Part shown: piece by piece, positions 47,288 through 53,717 of the stretch
How positions within the stretch are numbered: the stretch's first letter is position 1
Layout: each line of letters starts with the position of its first letter
Origin: Prorocentrum cordatum
Lineage: Eukaryota
Reading direction: 5' to 3'
NCBI GenBank assembly: GCA_963575745.1
Contig: CAUYUJ010000293.1
Location: 62,001-115,717 of the forward strand
Length of the DNA stretch: 53,717 bases
The notes under the pieces: model-generated
Databases searched by the model: none
What the model saw: the letters and a program-made list of their open reading frames with translations, nothing else
What the model was told of the DNA's origin: nothing
Made by a program: the position numbers and the translations under genes

Positions 47288-50200
47288 CCGACCAAAAGTC
47301 ACCAAAAGTTCCGTCGAGATTTTTCTTGTCAACTAGCTCTCCAGCGCTCCCGAATTACTCTAAAGCTTCCAGCAGAAACTTGCAAGGGGAGGCTCTACGA
47401 GTTACTGGTCGCCGGCGGTAAACCGTCAACCTTTCTTACCGCCGGGGGACTCGTAGAGCTTCCTGAGAAAATATAATGTGGAGAAGAATTTCAGAGAACG
47501 ACTAGTTTTTCAGCCCAAGCGATTATAGACCTCGCAACATGACTCTAACTAAACAAACAAACAGCTTTCCAATCGAGCTCGAGTATGAAACCCAGTTCAG
47601 ACCTCTGAATGCGACAGGCGGACGCGTCTGATGTCTGCGGATCGATTCCTGTGATTACCAGCTCTGCAGCCCCCCATACAGCCTGAGTTAAGTGCAGAAA
47701 ACCGAGAGCACCTCTCAGGATGACTCGAATAATACAACAGTTTCGCAGATCTCGTTCGAGCAGCAGACCGACTTCCGAGCTCTCGGTTCGACAAACGAAC
47801 GCGCCTGATGTCTCGGAATCGATTCCCGTGACCAGCAGCACTGTAGCTCCCCCAGCACGATTTAGGTAGAGGAAACCGAGCGCACTTCTCAAGATGACGC
47901 GAACAATACCAATAGGTTCGCGAGCCTAGCTCGGGGAGCAGGCCGAGTTCAGAGCTTTTGATTCGACAGACGGACGCGGATGATAATTCTCAATCGATTT
48001 CTGTGATTATCAGCTCTCTGGCTGCCCTACAGATCGAGTTAAGTACGAACAACCGAGAGCGTCTGCTACAATGACTCGAATAATACGAATAGGTTTGCGA
48101 CCCAACCTCGGCTAGCAGACCGAGTTCGGACCTCTGGATTCAACAGGCGAACGCGCCTCATCATTCTGAATGCATTCGCTGTGCTGACCGGCTCTCTAGT
48201 TGTCCTGAAGCTCGAGTTATCTTGAAAAAACCGACAGCGCGTATCAAGATGACTCGAAACGGCCGTTCCCGCCTGCCTGCTTTTTGGCCTTCAAAGTTAC
48301 CCGATCGAGCTGAGATCAAGATGATATAGAGCTCTAACGAATGTTCAAACTGGCGCCGGCGGTGAACCGTCAACCTGCTCACCGCCGGGGGACTCGTAGA
48401 GCTTCTTTCCCTTAAGAGCGCCCATAATCGAAGCAGCGAACTTCGCAGTAGATACGTTTCAATCTTTAATTTCTTATTTTTTAATGATAATCTGGAGTCT
48501 GGTTTCTGGCTTCACTGAGAAGATTTTGTCTACGGAATAAGCTGAGAATTTCAGGGGCAACGTCTGTGGTGCAAAGCTTTGGTCTGCGCAATCATCAGCC
48601 CAAACGAAGGGTTAGAACTTGAAAATCGGCTGAGCCAGGCCGCGGATGGTATGATTCTGTCTCTTGTCGAATTTTCGCCAACTAGCTCCATCTGTCGCGG
48701 AATTCCTCTATCTCTCATACCATGAGAGCTCTACGAGGTATTTTAAGATGAAAATGTTTAACCGACCAAAAGTCATCAAAAGGTCAGTCGAGATTTTTCT
48801 TGCCAGCTAGCTCTCCAGCTCCCCGGAATTACTCTTAAGCTTCCAGCAACTTGTAAGCATCCAAAACTCGGATAGCGAAGCCAAGCGCGGAACGCCGCAC
48901 GGGGACCTCGGCCAGGCCGCCTGAAACGATGCGCGGGACGCTGGAAACCTCGCAGGAGACGCTCGCAGGGGCGCCGTTTACGATGCGTGGGGCTCGTCAA
49001 AGCGCGCAAGGAAGATCTGCCTAAGAGCGTGCGAGCGTCGTTTACGATGCGTGGGGTCCTGGAAAGCGCGCAAGGAAGATCCGCCTAGGAGCCTGGAAGA
49101 ACTGCCGACGCTCTTCCGAAGCTCTGCCGAAGCGCTTCGCGCACCCTGGAGCCACGCGTATTGGGAAACGCTGGGAAGCCACGCTCCCGGACCCGCTGCG
49201 AACTCCGGCGAGTTGCTCTGGCGAGCGTGGACCGGCGAGCGTGGGCGTGTCCTCCTCACCACCCACAGCGGGCTTCTAATCTGAAACGCTCAGCTCTCCA
49301 GGGAGCTAACCGGGAAAAACCCGGATAGCAAAGCAAAGCGCGGAACGCTGGACGGAGACCTCTGCCAGGCCGCCTGATGAAACTGGGCGCCGGCGGTAAA
49401 CCGTCAACCTTTCTTACCGCCGGGGGACTCGTAGAGCTTCCTGACAATATATAATGTGGGAAAGAATTTCACAGAACGACTAGTTGTTCAGCCCAAGCGA
49501 TTATAGACCTCTCAAGATGACTCTAACAAAGGATGACTCGAATAATACAACAGTTTCGCGGATCTCGTTCGAGTAGCAGACCGAGTTCCAAGCTCTTGGT
49601 TCGACGAACAGACGCGCCTGATGTTTCAAAATCGATTCCTGTGACCAGCAGCACTGTAGCCCTCCCCCAGCACGATTTAAGTACAGAAAACCGAGAGCAC
49701 TTCTCAAGATGACTCGAACAATACCAATAGATTCGCGAACCTACCTCGGGGAGCAGGCCGAGTTCAGAGCTCTTGATTCACCAGACGAACGCGCCTGATA
49801 TTTCTCAATCGATTTCTGTGATTATGAGCTCTGTGGCTGCCCTACAGATCGAGTTAAGTACGAAAAACCGAGAGCGTCTGCTACAATGACTCGAATAATA
49901 CAAATAGGTTTGCGACCCTAGCTCGGCTAGCAGACCGAGTTCAGACCTCTGGATTCAACAGGCGAACGCGCCTGATCATTCTGGATGCATTAGCTGTGCT
50001 GACCAGCTCTGTAGTTGTCCTGAAGCTCGAGTTATCTTGAGAAAACCGACAGCGCGTATCAAGATGACTCGAAACGGCCGTTCCCGCCCGTGTGCTTTTT
50101 GGCCTTCAAAGTTACCCGATCGAGCTGAGATCAAGATGGCGAGCGGGAATAAGATCGAATATCATCGGGAAAAAATACTAGAGCTCTAACGAATGGTCAA

Positions 50201-50650
50201 ATTTCGAGAACAAAATTTTCAACCGACCAAAAGTCAGCAAAAGGTCCGTCGAGATTTTTCTTGCCAACTAGCTCTGGGACGCGCCGGAATTACTCTTAGC
50301 TTCCAGCTGTAACTGGCGCCGGCGGTGAACCGTCAACCTGGTCACCGCTGGGAACCTCGTAGAGCTCCTTCCACGCGAAAGAGTGCTCAGAGTCGAAAGG
50401 GAGAGTTTCTCGAAGCATTTCTTAACAAAAGAGAATAATTGATTTTTTCGTGTCGACATGAAGATGGTTGCTCCAAGTGTTTTGATAGTAAAAGTGCGCC
50501 TACAAAGCTCATACTAAGACAGAGAGACCCTCAAAGCTGTTCACAGGTGCGAAAAATCTGCTTTCTGAAAATAAATGGTCAAATATCTTTCAAAAAATCG
50601 CAAAACCACCGAAAAGTTACCACTTTGTCCGCCTCGGCCGGGTCGACCAA

Positions 50651-51089
50651 CTGGGCGCCGGCGGTAAACCGTCAACCTGGCTACCGCCGGGGACCTCGTA
50701 GAGCTCCTAGCCCCGTGTCATAAGTCCACGCGTATCTCTGGAGTGCGCACGGTAAAAAAATATTTCCAATTATAAAAAGGACACACACATGTATGAGTTT
50801 TAGCGCGTCTTTCAGCGCGCGAGAGCGATGCTGCCGCGGCAGCGAACATGTATGTAGACATGTACAGATGGACAAGTATGCGAAAAAACGATCGACGTCA
50901 GCAGGCGCGGCAACGCACCGGGCACGAGCGCGCGCACGCACATGCGCTCGCACGCGAATACATACACAATCTCACGCGCGCACGCACTCACAACCACGCG
51001 CGCTCACTCGCGCGCGGGCACCCCCTCACGCCCACACACACACGCACACACACACACACGCACAAGCACACACACACACACGCACCAAA

Positions 51090-51128
<39 letters not shown>

Positions 51129-51537
51129 GCGCGCATACAGACACGAACACAGACACAGACACAGACACACCCGCACGCACACGCACACACACACACACAC
51201 AGACGCGGCCACACACACGCACACACACACACACCTGCCTGCCAGACAAACACACAAAAACGCAAACATCTACAGATACAGACGGACCGACGCCTTCGCA
51301 CTCACAAACCGATCCCCCGCTGCTCAGCGCTCTCATTCCCCCGCGAAATCCTCGCGAGCCCGCGCACCCCGCCCCCCCCCTTTTCCGCCGGCGCTCCGGG
51401 GGGGGGAGGCACCACCCCATGTCGGGGCCGGCCCTCCCTCCACTCCATCCACTCCGCCCTCGCGGAGCGCTGGGGGGGGGGGTGGGGTGGAGGGGGCGCG
51501 GGCGGCGCCTGCACCGCGCGCGCACACACGCACACAA

Positions 51538-51573
<36 letters not shown>

Positions 51574-51629
51574 GCACACACACGCACACAGACACAAACA
51601 CACACAAACAGACAAACGCAGACACAGCC

Positions 51630-51677
<48 letters not shown>

Positions 51678-52257
51678 GCCCCCACACACACCACCTGCCA
51701 GACACGCACACGCACACGCACACACACACACACGCACACAGACACACACACACACACACAATCCACAGACACGGACACACTGACGACGTCGCACTTACAC
51801 ACCCATCCCCACACTGGTCAGCGCTCTCCGCCCCCGCCACCCCCCTGCCGCCCCTGCGCGCCCCGCCCCCCCTGCTCTTCCCGCCGGCGCTCCGGAGGGG
51901 GGAGGCGCCGCCCCATGTCGGGGCCGGCCCTCCCTCCACTCCACCCACTCCGCCCTCGCGGAACGCCCGGGGAAAGGGCGGAAGGGGGGGGGGAGGAGGC
52001 GGGCGCAGGCGGCGCCAGCACCGCGCGCGCACGCACACACACACACGCACACCCACGCACACACAAGCACACACACACAAACACACACACGCACACACAC
52101 ACACACACATACACACACACGCGCACACGCACCCGATCACACACAAACACACACACGCACACACGCAAGCAAGCACATGCGCATACACGCACACGTAAAC
52201 ACGCACACACACACACACACACACATATGCACATACACGCAAACATAAACACACCCG

Positions 52258-52288
<31 letters not shown>

Positions 52289-52787
52289 GCGCACAAACAC
52301 ACGAACCCACATACACACACGCACAAACACACGCACACACACATATACGCACACACATGCACACAGACGCACACATACACACGCACACCCACGCACGCAC
52401 ACACACACACACACACACGCACACACACACACGCACACGCACCCGAACACACACACACACACACGCACACACGCAAGCACATGCGCATACACGCACACGT
52501 AAACAAGCACAGACCCACATGCACATACATGCAAACATAAACACACACGCACACACACAGAGCGCACAAGCAAACACACATACACACACGCACAGACACA
52601 CGCTCTCACACACACACACACAAACACACATACACACACGCACACACATGCACTCACACGCACACATGCACACGCAGACACACACACACGCGCGCACACA
52701 CACAAAACACACATACACACATACACACGCACACACACATGCACATCAACGCACACAAAGACAAGCACACACACACACACATACGCA

Positions 52788-52822
<35 letters not shown>

Positions 52823-53227
52823 GCACACAAACGCACACACACACATACACGCACGCACACACACACACACATACACACACGGACAAAGACAGACACACAC
52901 ACACACGAGCACACAAACACCAGACGCACAACACACACAGACACACACAGACACACACACACACACAACCACGGACACGGACACACTGATGACGTCGACC
53001 CTACGAACCGATCCCCACGCTGGTCAGCGCTCTCCGCCCCCGCGCCCCTCTGCCGACTCTGCGCGCCCCGCCCCACCGCCCTCCCTGCCGGCGCTCCGGA
53101 GGGGGGAGGCACCGCCCCATTTCGGGGCCAGCCCTCCCTCCACTCCAACCACTCCGCCCTCGCGGAGCGCCAAGGAGAAGGGCGGAAGGGGAGGGGGGGG
53201 GGGGCGCGGGCGGCGCCAGCGCCGCGA

Positions 53228-53277
<50 letters not shown>

Positions 53278-53286
53278 CCACACACA

Positions 53287-53317
<31 letters not shown>

Positions 53318-53411
53318 GCCCACACACACACGTACACACACGCACACACACGCACACACACACAGAGACGCACACACACACACACACACACAAACACAAA
53401 CACGCACAGAC

Positions 53412-53448
<37 letters not shown>

Positions 53449-53717
53449 CACATTACACGGGCAACGCCGCTGGATTCAGCCAATTCTTCCCCATCTCCGC
53501 GCTGACTACTGCCATGCGCCACTGGATCGGCGCCGCGGCGTGGGGATCCAGCCCTTCCAACCAACGCACCCCCCCCAGCGAGCCAGCGCTCCAAAGGAGG
53601 GAGGGGCCGCCGCACTACGGGGAAAGCCATCCCTCCGCTCCAGTCCGTCGCAACTCGCATTACAGCCTTGCTTCGTTCAGCCCCCCCCTCCGCCCCCCCA
53701 TCGCCCCCCCCCGCCCC
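50651..53717 (-). mobile_element. Probable Helentron-like element with microsatellite body, running off the window
   Basis: A reverse-strand 3' module CTGGGCGCCGGCGGTAAACCGTCAACC..ACCTCGTAGAGCTC is inserted at GACCAA^(CTAG) and followed by unique sequence and (CA)n tracts. The other end is not visible. Confidence 0.45.
50925..53452. repeat. Degenerate (CA)n/(TG)n microsatellite interleaved with three GC-rich ~220-bp modules
   Basis: Modules at ~51310-51520, ~51790-52030 and ~52990-53230 share CCGGCGCTCCGG.GGGGGAGGC.CC.CCCCAT.TCGGGGCC.GCCCTCCCTCCACTCC. Confidence 0.92.

Noticed and set aside
50793..53660. His/Thr- and Cys/Val-rich ORFs up to 569 aa
   Set aside because: These are translations of (CA)n/(TG)n microsatellite.

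Overview
Repeat-dense eukaryotic DNA, almost certainly from a dinoflagellate: a 20/21 match to the dinoflagellate spliced leader (DinoSL) lies at 42684-42704. Most of the window is a deeply nested pile of short non-autonomous elements with Helentron/Helitron2-like architecture: a terminal inverted repeat at one end, its partner just before a terminal hairpin at the other end, no target-site duplication (TSD), and insertion before a T. No Rep/helicase or reverse transcriptase gene is visible. Three things stand out. (1) Three different inserts with A-rich tails (6440-7684, 10334-10558, 42673-44687) sit at the same nucleotide in the loop of the Helentron-like 3' hairpin, each with a 9-10 bp TSD. 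One of them begins with DinoSL followed by a piece of a previous target hairpin, and it carries a 387-aa ORF with repeated TQT motifs. This suggests a site-specific, trans-spliced retroposon family that parasitises rolling-circle element ends. (2) A 17.1-kb block (18725-35830) with Helitron-like ends splits one host repeat unit. It carries two tandem, intronless genes for a trypsin + Pro/Thr/Ala stalk + 2x CUB-like protein, each with a relic SL; copy 1 has a premature TAA. (3) A 1.2-kb foldback/MITE-like element has an 8-bp TSD. Most ORFs in the supplied track are artefacts of repeats.
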